In this document: in pieces, positions 52,673-64,000 of the stretch | Layout of the letters: each line of letters opens with the position of its first letter | Position numbering within the stretch: the stretch's first letter is position 1 | DNA from: Paragordius varius | Lineage: Eukaryota > Animalia > Nematomorpha | NCBI GenBank assembly: GCA_964247055.1 | Contig: OZ176053.1 | Coordinates: forward strand, 7,440,001-7,504,000 | DNA: 64,000 bases | Direction of reading: 5' to 3' | Program-made: the position numbers and the translations under genes | The notes under the pieces: generated by a model | The model's input: the letters and a program-made list of their open reading frames with translations, nothing else | Told to the model about the DNA's origin: nothing | Databases searched by the model: none

Positions 52673-53740
52673 CAGTCGTGTATGGAAACTTTTGATACGT
52701 ACGTTTTTAATTAATTTAAGTATTTTTTTTATTGTTTGCGTAAACATCCATTCAAGATGCGCATTCTTCTGACGATTTGTTTAGCCACAAATTAAAAAAG
52801 ACATATTGTTTTTATTTTTCATTGTAAAAATATTTAAGAATTTAATAAATTTATTCGACAGTTAATACATATTAAAATATATATTTATTGACGTTTAGAA
52901 ATAATTAACCATAAATGAATTTTAATGGACACTGAGCATCTAAAAGTTTAGAACCACTAAATGTGAAATTCTCTTTGATTTACAAATTACTCAAAAAAGG
53001 TGTATTTTACAATCGCGAGAACGCAATATACTAGGGACAATAGAAAAGTCATTTAATTGTGCCAGACTAGTCAAAGCTGTTCCGCACGAAAGAATTTTTA
53101 TTGACCAGTCGGATTTTCAGTTTAAAACTTAAAAATATATGGGTAGACTCGAAGGGCAAAAGTACCTATAGAGGGATAAAACAAAGGTGCACTCTAATTT
53201 TATAGAAAAAAATGATCTATTGATATATACGATTGGTTGTCAAGGAGTAATTAATTACAAAACGAAATAAGGCGACTTTAAAAGCGATAGTTTTAGAAAT
53301 TTATTGGCGGAATGCCTAACCGAAATTCCTGAAAATTCATTCATACAATGCCCCAATTCAAGCCGTGGTGGTAGGTGAACTAAGGAGCAAAATTTCACCT
53401 CCCTATTCGCCGCGACTCAATCCCTTTATTGTTTTTTTATGACACAGCCTTCTACACATTGGAAAAACCATTAGAAAACGAAACAATTATATTTATATTT
53501 AGTTGATATTGTATCAGACAATAATAAATATATTTTTAAGTTATATTTTGGCTCTTTGGAATCAAACTTTTGAATTATATTATTATATTCTTGATTTGCG
53601 TTATCTTTATAAGAAAAATAAAAACAATATGTCCCTTTTAATTGTGGCTAAACAAAACATCAGAAGGCGTATGTAGAATGGATGTTTACGTAAAACTCAA
53701 TAAAAAAAGTACATTTCTTAAAAGTTTTCATACCTGACTG
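52673..53740 (+). mobile_element. TA-flanked Tc1/IS630-like element with long TIRs and decayed transposase
   Basis: TA|CAGTCGTGTATGGAAACTTT ... AAAGTTTTCATACCTGACTG|TA, with a ~130-bp inverted block (GTAAACATCCATTC..TTTAGCCACAA). Internal RIFIDQSDF, FIQYNAPI and PPYSPRLNP. Confidence 0.75.
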
Positions 53741-54043
53741 TAATAAATAATTTCTTAAAAATTTCTGGGTTTGTACCAAAAAAACTCATAACCTGTTGTA
53801 ACCAAATTATAAAATTTGTATACCTTTTTATTCAAACGTAACACTTTTCAGCTAAACTCGACACTTTTTTCAAAAAATATTTTTTATAACAGGCTCAAAA
53901 CCTTTTTTTATCGAACTAACATATTTTTAATTTTATTAAAGTACCAACTGTAAGGGACCACACGTAAAGGAGTATTTGTAGTCTAACAAAGTTCGAAATA
54001 TATCATATATATATACATATATTACAAAAGGTTATCGTGCTGG

Positions 54044-54047
<4 letters not shown>

Positions 54048-54074
<27 letters not shown>
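54048..54074. repeat. (TA)n microsatellite
   Basis: Run of alternating AT; similar shorter runs occur at ~11170, 13365, 33825 and 38490. Confidence 0.85.
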
Positions 54075-54077
<3 letters not shown>

Positions 54078-54676
54078 TAACTTAATGAAGTATAAATGTA
54101 TTCAAATTCATAGGTGTAAAGTGCCTGCAACTATACAGTTTATAATAATACTAAAAACGTTGGTACGTGGTTATTAACTAATACAGTAATACATAAAACG
54201 TTCATGCAAATGAGCTATTATCTTTCAAAACGAGGTGGTAATATATGTAAGTTGCAACTATAACAGTAACTTATTTAGATAGGAAAATCGGTATTATCAT
54301 GCTGCTTTTAGATTTACCCCTTACGAGTGATTAAAGAAATTTATTTACACTTTTAGGGTAAGTGCTTCATAGCAATTTTTTTCACTTTTCTAAAATGGGT
54401 TAGTTTTCTATGAATAAACGCAAAAATGCATACAAATATCACAAAAGCCTAATTAACTATCAATCAATCGTAGGGACCAAAACCAAAAATGATAATCCTG
54501 AATCATTTTCTTAAAAGATATATATACATAGTTCATCTGGATATTTTTGTCTGACGTGCATTTAAATTTTAGCTAAAACACTTTCAAAACAATAGTGGTT
54601 TACAAAATTAAACTCTGGGCCCCAAAATATCATGGTGCACAAAAAATGCATCTCATCGATTCAAAACCTATTTTTA

Positions 54677-55059
54677 CACTTGAATGCAACACATTCTTTT
54701 TGTCCTTCGATTCAAATTGGGATGGTTGGATACCCCAGGCCTGTTAAAAATTTAATATTTCAAAAAATATGGAGGGAAACAAAACCATGGCAAAATTTGC
54801 ACTTTTATAACATTACTGAACCTAAACATAAAATAAATTCATTCAAAAATATTTTATATTACTTATTATATATAAGGTAAAACTTAAATGTAAAAATTTA
54901 GTCAACATGACATGTGTGCATTAGCTATTTAAAACTAAAACCATATATTTTTACTTAAATAACTTTCAAAACTGTGGTATATTTACAAAATTAAGCTCTG
55001 TGATATAAAACTACCCCAATGTGTAAACTAAGACAAAAAAGTGAAATGGTAATGAAGTG
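54677..55059 (+). mobile_element. Short derivative of the TTAA MITE family
   Basis: CACTTGAATGCAACACATTC left end, shared CCCCAGGCCTG..AAACCATGGCAAAAT block, and right end GGTAATGAAGTG|TTAA. Confidence 0.65.
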
Positions 55060-56131
55060 TTAAAAGTCATTGAAAAATTATTAAGTGGTATGAAAAAAGG
55101 TAAACATTGTGATAGATTAATGCATAAAGAATTCGCATGGCGCAACTTTTTAGATAATTGTTATTTATGAAAAAATCAAAATATGCGCACATTATATCAA
55201 AATATTTTTTTAGAAAATGTTAATTTCAAAATTTTGTATTATATTAAATTTATAAAAGCAAAATAATATTGATATGAATTTTAGGTGCGCTCCGAAAATC
55301 TCATTTTCTGCGACCCAGCTAGAATTACCTAGTATTCTTAAATAATCGCAAATGTGCCATGTACTATAATAATTTTATAGATTTGACAATGATACTCAAA
55401 TCGTGGCTTAAAAGTTTGCTTTTATGGCCCTGAATTATTTATTTATTTATTTGGTGTATTTATTTAGCGTAATAGCAGTATCAGGGAGTGAAACAACGTA
55501 AATTAGCTTTAGGGGTTCAAATTCACATATGCCAAACCGCTTTGCAATATTTGTAGATAATAGTGCATGGCCGTTTAGACAAAAAATACTTTAATCGGTT
55601 TTTAAAATTTTTAAAGTACCAAATTTCTATACTATGACATGACTGTTAATTTTTTTAAAAAATTTAATAATGCTTATGGGGAAATTTTGTCGGAGAGAGT
55701 TTTGTTTTTCGAAGCATACTGGAAACGGTAATAAAATACTTTAGAATATAATAAAACTTTTACTATATACGATTAAGATTTCTCACTTCAAAAAATTGAC
55801 TTAAATGTTCTTTTTCAATAATTTAAATAAATTGTATTTTAAAATAATAAATAAGGAAAGCGATATAGTTTTTGATCCCGAACAGCTGAAATGCTTTTAT
55901 ACAGATCATGTCAAATTAAACACATCGATTCGAATTTATCTAGTGGCCCCTGACTATGTGTGGGATGATAAAAAAAATTTCTGACTTGTCTGCAAGTTTT
56001 TCACATCATGGCTTGCTTTCATGTGTAAAAAAATTTAACATTAGACGACTTAAGTCAAGCAAAAAAACTTGATTCGGAGGTGAAAAATATGATCAAGGAA
56101 ACCTGAAGATTTGGCAAGTGTGGTGTATGGC

Positions 56132-58593
56132 TAGGGTGACCAGATTTTTTGAAGGAAAAAGCGGGACAAATCTGAGAAAGGGTTGGGGGGGGCATGGAGG
56201 GGGAGGGGCACAACCAAAAATTTTTATACAAAAAATTATTGTAATATTTATTTATTTTTAACAGAAATACATTATAATATAAAAAAATATTTAATTCCTT
56301 GTCTCAGGTTATTCGTAACTTATTCAAATCTGCATCACAAGCGATTGTATGCAATGTCCTTTCACCACATGCATTTTCTGAAATAGAAGAAGATTTGCAG
56401 AAAATAAATTTTATATCGCTATATTCTGATGGACAAAATCATTTCCCACTCTCATTCTCTACCCAGTGAAAATTAAATTTTACTGCAATAATGAATATTC
56501 TGGAGAAAAATAACTTTAAAGACAAAATAATCGCAAAGTGCCCTGGGTGGAAATGCAAGGAGCGACACAAAAAAATATTTCTAATAAATCGAATAATCTT
56601 AAAAACATTATTGGCGGATACACAACGCTATTCAAACAGCTGCTGATTTGTTACCCCTAGATGTGGAAAATGTAGTTGTTAAACTGCTTGAATATTGTAG
56701 AACTCTTTGGTTAGCTTTTTTGCCAGCTATTAAAAAAATCTTAAAAATGTATGTTCGCCTAGAATCATTTTTTATCACAGGACAAATATCTAAAATTTCA
56801 AGTCAAGAAAGGATAGAAAATAATTATATACCATTACCTAATAGCAATATTATAAATCATCCAGAAAAACAAGGCTCAATGAATAGCAGAATATAAATGT
56901 TTTATACAAACTGAAAAGATTATTTTGAAGACAAGACGGTGCTCAATGACACTTTTTTCTGAAGTATCATTATTAAATAAATGTATTGATAATGAAAACT
57001 TATATTAGGACAACAGAAAAAAATACAGTAGAATGGTTTAAAATTATGATTTTTATACAATCTAAATTGTGGAATTTGCAGTATCTTTACCTGGAACCAC
57101 TGCTATAGAACGCGTTTTTCCACAGTAAATCAAGTGTGGACACGGAAAAATCAAATTTAAATGTTGAAACTTTAAAAGCCATGTCCAAATATAATTTGAC
57201 AAATTATTAGGAAGACTTATACAATATTAAGTATTTTTTTTATTTTTAACCTAAAAACTTTATAAATATAAGAAAATATTTTATTGGTATATTTTTTATG
57301 ATTGCGTTTTAGCAGATTTTTATCATTTTTTAAAATATTGTAAAAGTCTTCGCAAGAATTTGTCAAATTATATTTGACAGATAAAATGGCCTTTAAAGTT
57401 TCAACATTTAAATTATTTTTCCGATGTTCACACCTGATTTACTGTGGAAAAAACGGGCTCAGTAGCAGCGTTAGTTCTAGATAAAGATAATGCAAATTCC
57501 ACAATTTTTAAAATATTATTGTATGGAACATAGTTTGTTTCAAAATGATGAAATATTTCCAACAATTTCTTTTCTACTGTATTTTTTTCTGTGGTTCATA
57601 ATTTAAGTTTTCATTATTAATATATTTTTTAACTAATGATACTTCAGAATCGGGATTTTTACCAGGTAGAGAAATAAAATCTAGAATTTTAATTTTACTC
57701 AGGTTTTTGGATCAAAATATCATATTAAAGTGGGAAATAATTTTGTTACCTTGTGATTTGATGCATCAGAATATAGCGATATGAAATTAATTTTCAGCAA
57801 ATCTTTTTGTATTTCAGTAAATGCATGTAGCAAAAGGACATTGCATACAATGGATTTAGCCTTTGTACGAGGACATGTAAATTTTTTTTTGAATAAGGTA
57901 CGAATAACCTGTGAGGTACAATCCATAGATCTAAATGAATGATTGTGATTAAAGTCGTGAAAAGATAAAACGCCTTCGGATAATACCAAATTCTTTCCTT
58001 CCTCTCCAAAAGCGGTTTTTCAATAAAAATCGCTCATTTTGTAAGATGATGCCGCCATATCTAAACATTTTTTATGTTTCTGTGTTTCCATATGCTTTGT
58101 AATATTATGCTTGCCACCATGTGCTAGGGTGAATTTCCCCTCGCTTAAGAACATTTAACAAATGATTCATTCTTTGTTTTTTGCAAAAGGAAATTCTTTC
58201 ATTAATTCATTGTTGAATTCGCAACTTTTTATACACATATATTTAAACTAATATTAGTATAAAAAAATACTGTATTACCTTAATTTTGGAGTAAACGTAG
58301 AAGCTACCGATTTGTGGTATTAATTTGTCTTTTTGATAATGTTGGCAGTAGGCGTACGAAGCAAAGTGTATAATCATATGATATATATTCGAAAAAAATA
58401 AATATTTTAATTAAAAAATAAAAAATTTAATTAAAATTTATATAGATATTGATAACTAATGATAAAAAATTTAAACGGATTTTAAATGCATATAAAAATT
58501 TTTTTTTCATATAATCGTGAAAAAACGGGACACTTCAAAAACGTGGCGGGACGCGGGAAAAATGGTGAAAAAGCGGGACGTCTGTTCACCCTA
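56132..58593 (-). mobile_element. hAT (Tip100-like) transposon, 2462 bp, containing two convergent defective transposase copies
   Basis: TIRs TAGGGTGACCAGA / TAGGGTGAACAGA with GCGGGAC subterminal repeats; TSD TGTATGGC / TGTATGGG (7 of 8). The host repeat (also at ~22370-22700) continues across the insertion. Transposase motifs are on both strands. Confidence 0.85.
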
Positions 58594-58956
58594 TGTATGG
58601 GACACCAGATTTAAAAATATGGATAAAATTATTTTGGAACTATTTATTTATATAATTTAGGTTTTATTAAACCCTTTGTTAATTATAAACTGTTTATTTG
58701 ATAATTTTTGGATAAAAACCTATTCAAATTGGGTGGATACAAAAGAAGATTATTTATAAAAAACCTGGTAATGTCTAAAAATGCAAAAAATATGCTAAAT
58801 TTATCAATTCCCCCACAAAAAAACTTGATTCACTAAAATATTTTAAAATTAAATATTAATCTTAAAAATTTTATCTTCGTTTTACATAAAATAATAAATA
58901 AAGGTTTCTTTACCATTAAAATAAAGAGTTAATTTTATCATAAATATATTTCAAAT

Positions 58957-60400
58957 GTAGGTAGGTAGGTAGGTAACTAGTTAGGTAATTCCTTAGGTCA
59001 AGTTCGACCCCTTGGAAATTAAAATGACCAGTTTTCTCCACTTGTCTCTTTCCCATGCTTCTTCCTTCAATTCACTTATCCATCTACCAAATTCCTTTTT
59101 TACAGTGCCTAGCCATTTTAACATGCGTCTTTCTTTTTTCTTTTCACTTCAACTTTCAAAATCATATCCTTTTCAAGTGATTTACTCCTCAATATGTGCC
59201 CTGTATGGAAACTTCCTTTTATTATAGCTTCCATTGTGACTCTCAATATTTAATTTTCCTCTTTTTGTTTTATTTTTAACCTTGTCACATTTCAACATTC
59301 TCCTCCAACACCACATTTTAAATACTGCAATCTTTTTTTATCATTCAGTTGTCCAACTTTCAACAGAATAAGTCGCTACCGAAAAAACATGCATTTGTTA
59401 CTTTCAATTTAGTTTTCATATTGGTATCTATACTTTTCCATAATTAAGTCAACTTGTTCGAGGCTGACTTCCCTAAAGCTATGCGGCGTCTAATATCGGG
59501 CGTGGAGGAGCCGTTGATAATTAGTGAACCTAAAAATAGGATTTCATTTACTACTTCTAATGGGGTGTTGTCTATGGTTATAATAGGTTAGTTTTTTGAT
59601 AAAATCATAACTTTGGTTATCTTTGGATTGAAGTTCAATCTATATGTTTTCTTCTCTTACTAACCTTATCATATTATTTAAACTTTCTACAGTATCTGCG
59701 ATCAGCGTCGTGTTATCAGCGAATCTTATTATAATCTTTCTCCCCCTATCCTTAGGCTTTCAATAACTTCATCTACTTTTCTCATGATCATTTCTGTAGA
59801 AATATTAAACAAGGTGGTGAGACGCAACATCTTTGTCTAAGACCTTTCTGGATTGAAATTTCGTTGGTTCTGCCCACTGGGGTTCGTATTATGGCTTTTT
59901 GGTACTCATAAAAATTAATGAGCAAGGTTATGAGCTTTGCTGCAACTCCCTTTGCTTCCAAACTTTGCCATAAATATACTATATTCAACTAACTCCACTT
60001 GGTTTCAATTATGCGTCTCACGTTAGAGTTGTGATTTATTGTGCTTCATAAATCCGGATTGAACATCTGGAATCTCTCTGGCTTTCACTTGATGTAATCT
60101 GTTCTAGATAATTTTCAAAAAATTTGCTTGCATGACTAATGAGAGTCATGCTTTAAGTTCTCGCAATTTGAGACTGGGATAAACAAAATTTGCCAGTTTT
60201 CCAAATACCTGACTCTCATACTTTCTGACAGAATCTATGCATGACTGTTATCGGTATATTTATTATTAATTCAAGGGAATATTTATTCCAGAGAAAGCTT
60301 TTACCACCTCTTCTAATATACATATCTCATCATCTCCATGCCCATATATTTGTCTATCATTTGCACCTGAATGTGCATTGTTGAAAAATCAATTGAAAAT
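58957..60400 (-). mobile_element. 5'-truncated RTE-clade LINE (reverse transcriptase remnant) with (TACC)n 3' tail
   Basis: EIPDVQSGF, LWQSLEAKGVAAKLI..QKAIIRTPVGRT..KGLRQRCCVSP, IRFADNTTLIA and IRRRIALGK; short-repeat tail at 58957-58974. Confidence 0.85.
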
Positions 60401-60896
60401 CATATGTAATGTATACAGAAATTTATTCTTATTTAATATTTAGCTAATGCACACATGTCGTGTTGACTAAGTTTTTACTAGGGTTCCAAAAAATACGTAT
60501 TATCCAGTTTTTCTGCTTTTTTACATTTTGCATCAGTATTATACAGGTGTGCAAACTTTTGTAATGGCTTCAATTTCTTCCATATTTTTTAAAATATTTG
60601 AGTTTCCAGGCCTGACCCACGACCCTAATTTGAATCGGAACATCAAATTAATGTGTTTTATCCATGTGTTAAACAAAAATTTTTTAGCAAAACGTAAGGT
60701 AAGATTTGATTATGTGGGGAACATTTAGCATATAAATGGAGATATTTTTCTTTGGTTGGTAAGCCTTGAAATTAAATGCACCACAATACATTTATCAAGA
60801 TATAAATTTTATTAAAATATTTTTTATACCCCCAAACATGCACTCTATAAAAAATATTTAAAACGCTTCAATTATTTTTTGCTGTTAGGATACAAC

Positions 60897-62653
60897 ATGG
60901 CTTTGCGAGTGCAATTTGAAGGTAATAATGAAATTGGTGTGTTTTCTAAATTGACAAACACATACTGTCTAACAGCGATTGGCGGCTGCCAAAACTTTTA
61001 TAGGTATTGTTTATTTTTTATTTAGTGTTTTCGAATCTGAGCTTTCAGATATTATACCAGTTGTTCATGCTTCTATTGCTGGTTGCCGTATAATAGGTCG
61101 CCTCACAGTTGGTAATTATTATGATTTATTTCAGGTAACAGATTTGGTCTACTTGTACCAAGTTCGACTACTGATCAGGAATTACAGCATTTACGAAATT
61201 GTTTACCAGAAGGTATTAAAATTAGAAGAGTCGAAGAAAGGTTATCAGCTTTAGGGAACGTTATTGCAACCAATGATTACGTCGCCTTAACTCATCCTGA
61301 TTTAGACAAAGTACTTGATATTTCTGTTAGTTTATTGTTTTGTATTTTTTGTTTTTTCCTAATTAAAAGTAAGTCTGCTTTGGTTTTGCCTACATGTAGT
61401 TACCAAAAACTTTAATTATCTACACTATCATGTGATATTTTTTGCTTTTAGGAAACTGAGGAAATTCTTGAAGATACTTTGCAAGTTGAAGTTTTCCGAC
61501 AATCGATTGGCGACCAAGTTTTGGTAGGAAGTTATTGTGCCATTACTAATCAAGGTGGATTGGTAATCAAAAAAATTAATTTATTAAGGTTCACCCAAAA
61601 GTTGGATCTGAAGAACAAGATGAATTGGCTTCTTTATTACAAATTCCCATAGTTGTAAGTTTATAAAAATAAATTTTGCGTATATAACGCCTAAGTTTAC
61701 ATAATTGGCTCAACAAATATGTTTTAGCTCGTTTTTATTTTATATATTTACTTATAACTAGTAAATTTTTATGCTGCCAAATAAGTCTGCTATTTTTTGG
61801 TTTGAAATGATTTGGCTTTATGTTTCTAATTGAGCGTTTTTGCTTTTTATTTTTAAATAACTCAAGCGCTATTTTTTGCTATTGTACCAGGGCGTCAAAA
61901 ATTTATTTAACACTATGTAGATATTATTAAGGCTTAGCTTGGACATTTCTGTTTTTTGTATAATTTTTTGAAATGTTTTAGAGATTAAATTAAGATTGCT
62001 ATAACTCTTTTAAAGTTTTATCGCCTCACCTATAAGAGCATTCGCAACAACAATAATTATATTTAACAATCATGTTAGGAGAATGTTCTTTAGATATTAT
62101 ACAATTTTATAGGCTGGTACAGTAAATCGTGGTTCCAACATTATATCTGGTGGTTTAGTTGTCAATGATTGGGCAGCATTTTGTGGTAATACGATGACCA
62201 GTACAGAAATTTCAGTCATAGAAAGCATTTTTAAACTCAATTCTAATTTACATCGACACCACAATAATAATAGTAATGCAGATTCTAAAATGGATGCTCA
62301 AGCTGATCGCATTAACCCTGCTAACCCTTTACAACAATCGAATAACAGTAAGATTTTCTGAAAATTATACTATTTTTAAGATTTAAAAATAAAATATGCA
62401 ATATTTTTATTTATATAGAAGACCAGCATAAACCAATAAATATTATATATATTAAGGATGATGATAAACATACATAATAATTATTTTTTATTAGCTTTAA
62501 GCCAAGAAAATTTGGATCCAAAGTTAAGAGATGCCTTGATTGAGAGGTATTACTGATATATTTATTGTAAACATTTATATTTTTGCATTATGCTAAATAT
62601 ATAGTAATTATTTTATGCGCTTTGTTATACTTTTCATATTTAGCTTGACATAA
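60897..62653 (+). CDS. EIF6: Eukaryotic translation initiation factor 6, 280 aa
   Basis: Exons 60897-61003, 61026-61111, 61135-61310, 61452-61562, 61589-61654, 62113-62347, 62495-62546 and 62644-62653 total 843 nt. Product [73 protein letters not shown]. Confidence 0.97.
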
Positions 62654-63129
62654 TCTGAAACCATGCAATATTGGAAGATCTTGATTGAATAAATTATGAT
62701 ATTTTAAATATTTTATCCTCATAATTTTAAATTTTACATAATTAATTACTTTAAAATTATTTTTGATATAATGTCATAATTTTCTTTTCAGTTTTTATTA
62801 AATGTCGCATTAAAACATTTATAAATATTACAAAAATGTATTGAATATACCCTTAGTAATGTTATTTAAGTTAAGATTTGTATATGTTATTTTTGAATCG
62901 ACATTCGCTTTAACACCTGAAACCCACCACCTTTTTTTAAAACGTTTATTTGCTTTTTTCCAGATTTTCTGGTTGCTGGATAGTAATGGTATACACGGCT
63001 TAAATAACGTACTTTATAATTTATTTCAGTTTTTATCGCTAATTCTTTTCACGCTATTTGCTTGTTCTTTTTATTTCAATACATTCTTACAAAACATAAG
63101 GAGGCATTCAAATCCCACACACCATACTA

Positions 63130-63900
63130 ATCATGTCATTCGTTTGGCCACTTAAAATATAACACCTTTAACCAGAAGGAGCCAGGAAATAGCAGCTTTG
63201 CTGTTCTCCAAGAACATCGAAATATGTTGCATCCAATAAACTTGCTGGAAGAACTCTGGTTTCAAAAGCATTCTGGATTATAAATTATTCTGGTTTGGAT
63301 CTAATGGCCCTTCATCAGGTGTTGCAATTCAAAAATTCCATCAATCTAAAAAAAGATTTTTTTGTGGCATAGGTATAGATCCACTAAAAACCGAAGTTTT
63401 GCGAGACACCCAACTTTTATTATAATAGGCATTTTCGAGTTACCGTTAAACTTCATTAGGGTAATAATCCTCTTTAGATTGCATTTAAATGGAAGTCATA
63501 TATATTCCTAAAATAGAAATTAAAAAATGTATTAGATGGCTTTGGTGTGTTCTTGTCGTGTTTAAAAGGCAGTCTATCTTGACCCCAAAATAAATATTTG
63601 AATAAGTTTGTTTAGACCTATATTATACATTTCACATCATCTGGAAAACAAACGCATATATTTATGGAAACAATTATAACTTTTCTCATTTGTCGAGTAT
63701 GAGATTGGAAAAATGTATATAAAAGGCCGCCTCATGTTACCCTAGTCATCTCATTAATAACTCTAATCAAACGCAAAATTTAATAATCAAGATTTGGAAA
63801 TTTATTGAGGTTCCAGCACCGATCTTCTCATTATCGTTTGCGCTATTGGTGCGATAAACAATACTACTTTAATATTTAAATTTTCTGCAATGAAATATTG
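63130..63900 (+). mobile_element. RTE-like LINE AP-endonuclease remnant
   Basis: Degenerate IRLAT*NI..LTRRSQEIA..IEICCIQ*TCWK..YKLFWFG..GVAI, matching the recalled APE start of RTE ORFs. Confidence 0.55.
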
Positions 63901-64000
63901 AAAGAATTGGTACAAATAAAGATAATCCAATTTTTTAAACATAATACCAATAACTATTTTTTATGTGTTTTTCATTCATCTATATAAATTTTATATACCA

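Noticed and set aside
1-64000. tRNA, rRNA, CRISPR arrays, prokaryotic operons; functional link between the two SOCS-box genes
   Set aside because: No such RNA genes or repeat-spacer arrays were seen, and the DNA is clearly eukaryotic. WSB1 and SOCS are 14 kb apart with unrelated genes between them, so linkage is probably coincidental.

Overview
Very AT-rich, intron-containing animal genomic DNA (invertebrate-like; the taxon cannot be fixed from this window alone). Genes reconstructed by hand: the 3' part of a WSB1-like WD40/SOCS-box gene (+), a ZP-domain cuticlin/dusky-like gene (-), two secreted Pro-rich proprotein genes (+), a minimal SOCS (SH2+SOCS box, +), a PRODH2-like proline/hydroxyproline dehydrogenase (-), a large divergent vigilin (+) and eIF6 (+). 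Intergenic and intronic space is packed with transposons: TTAA-flanked MITEs (one nested in another), TA-type foldback elements, a complete Buster-type hAT with one nonsense codon, a Tip100-type hAT carrying an inverted sibling copy, a 1.45-kb miniature LTR retroelement with 5-bp TSD, and mariner, Tc1-like, Penelope-like and RTE remnants. The most striking signal is a class of ultra-short GT-AG introns (22, 22, 23, 25, 26 and 31 nt) in four different genes. They are required to keep conserved proteins in frame and coexist with ordinary 65-1900 nt introns. No tRNA, rRNA or CRISPR array was seen. All homology calls are from motif recognition, not database searches.
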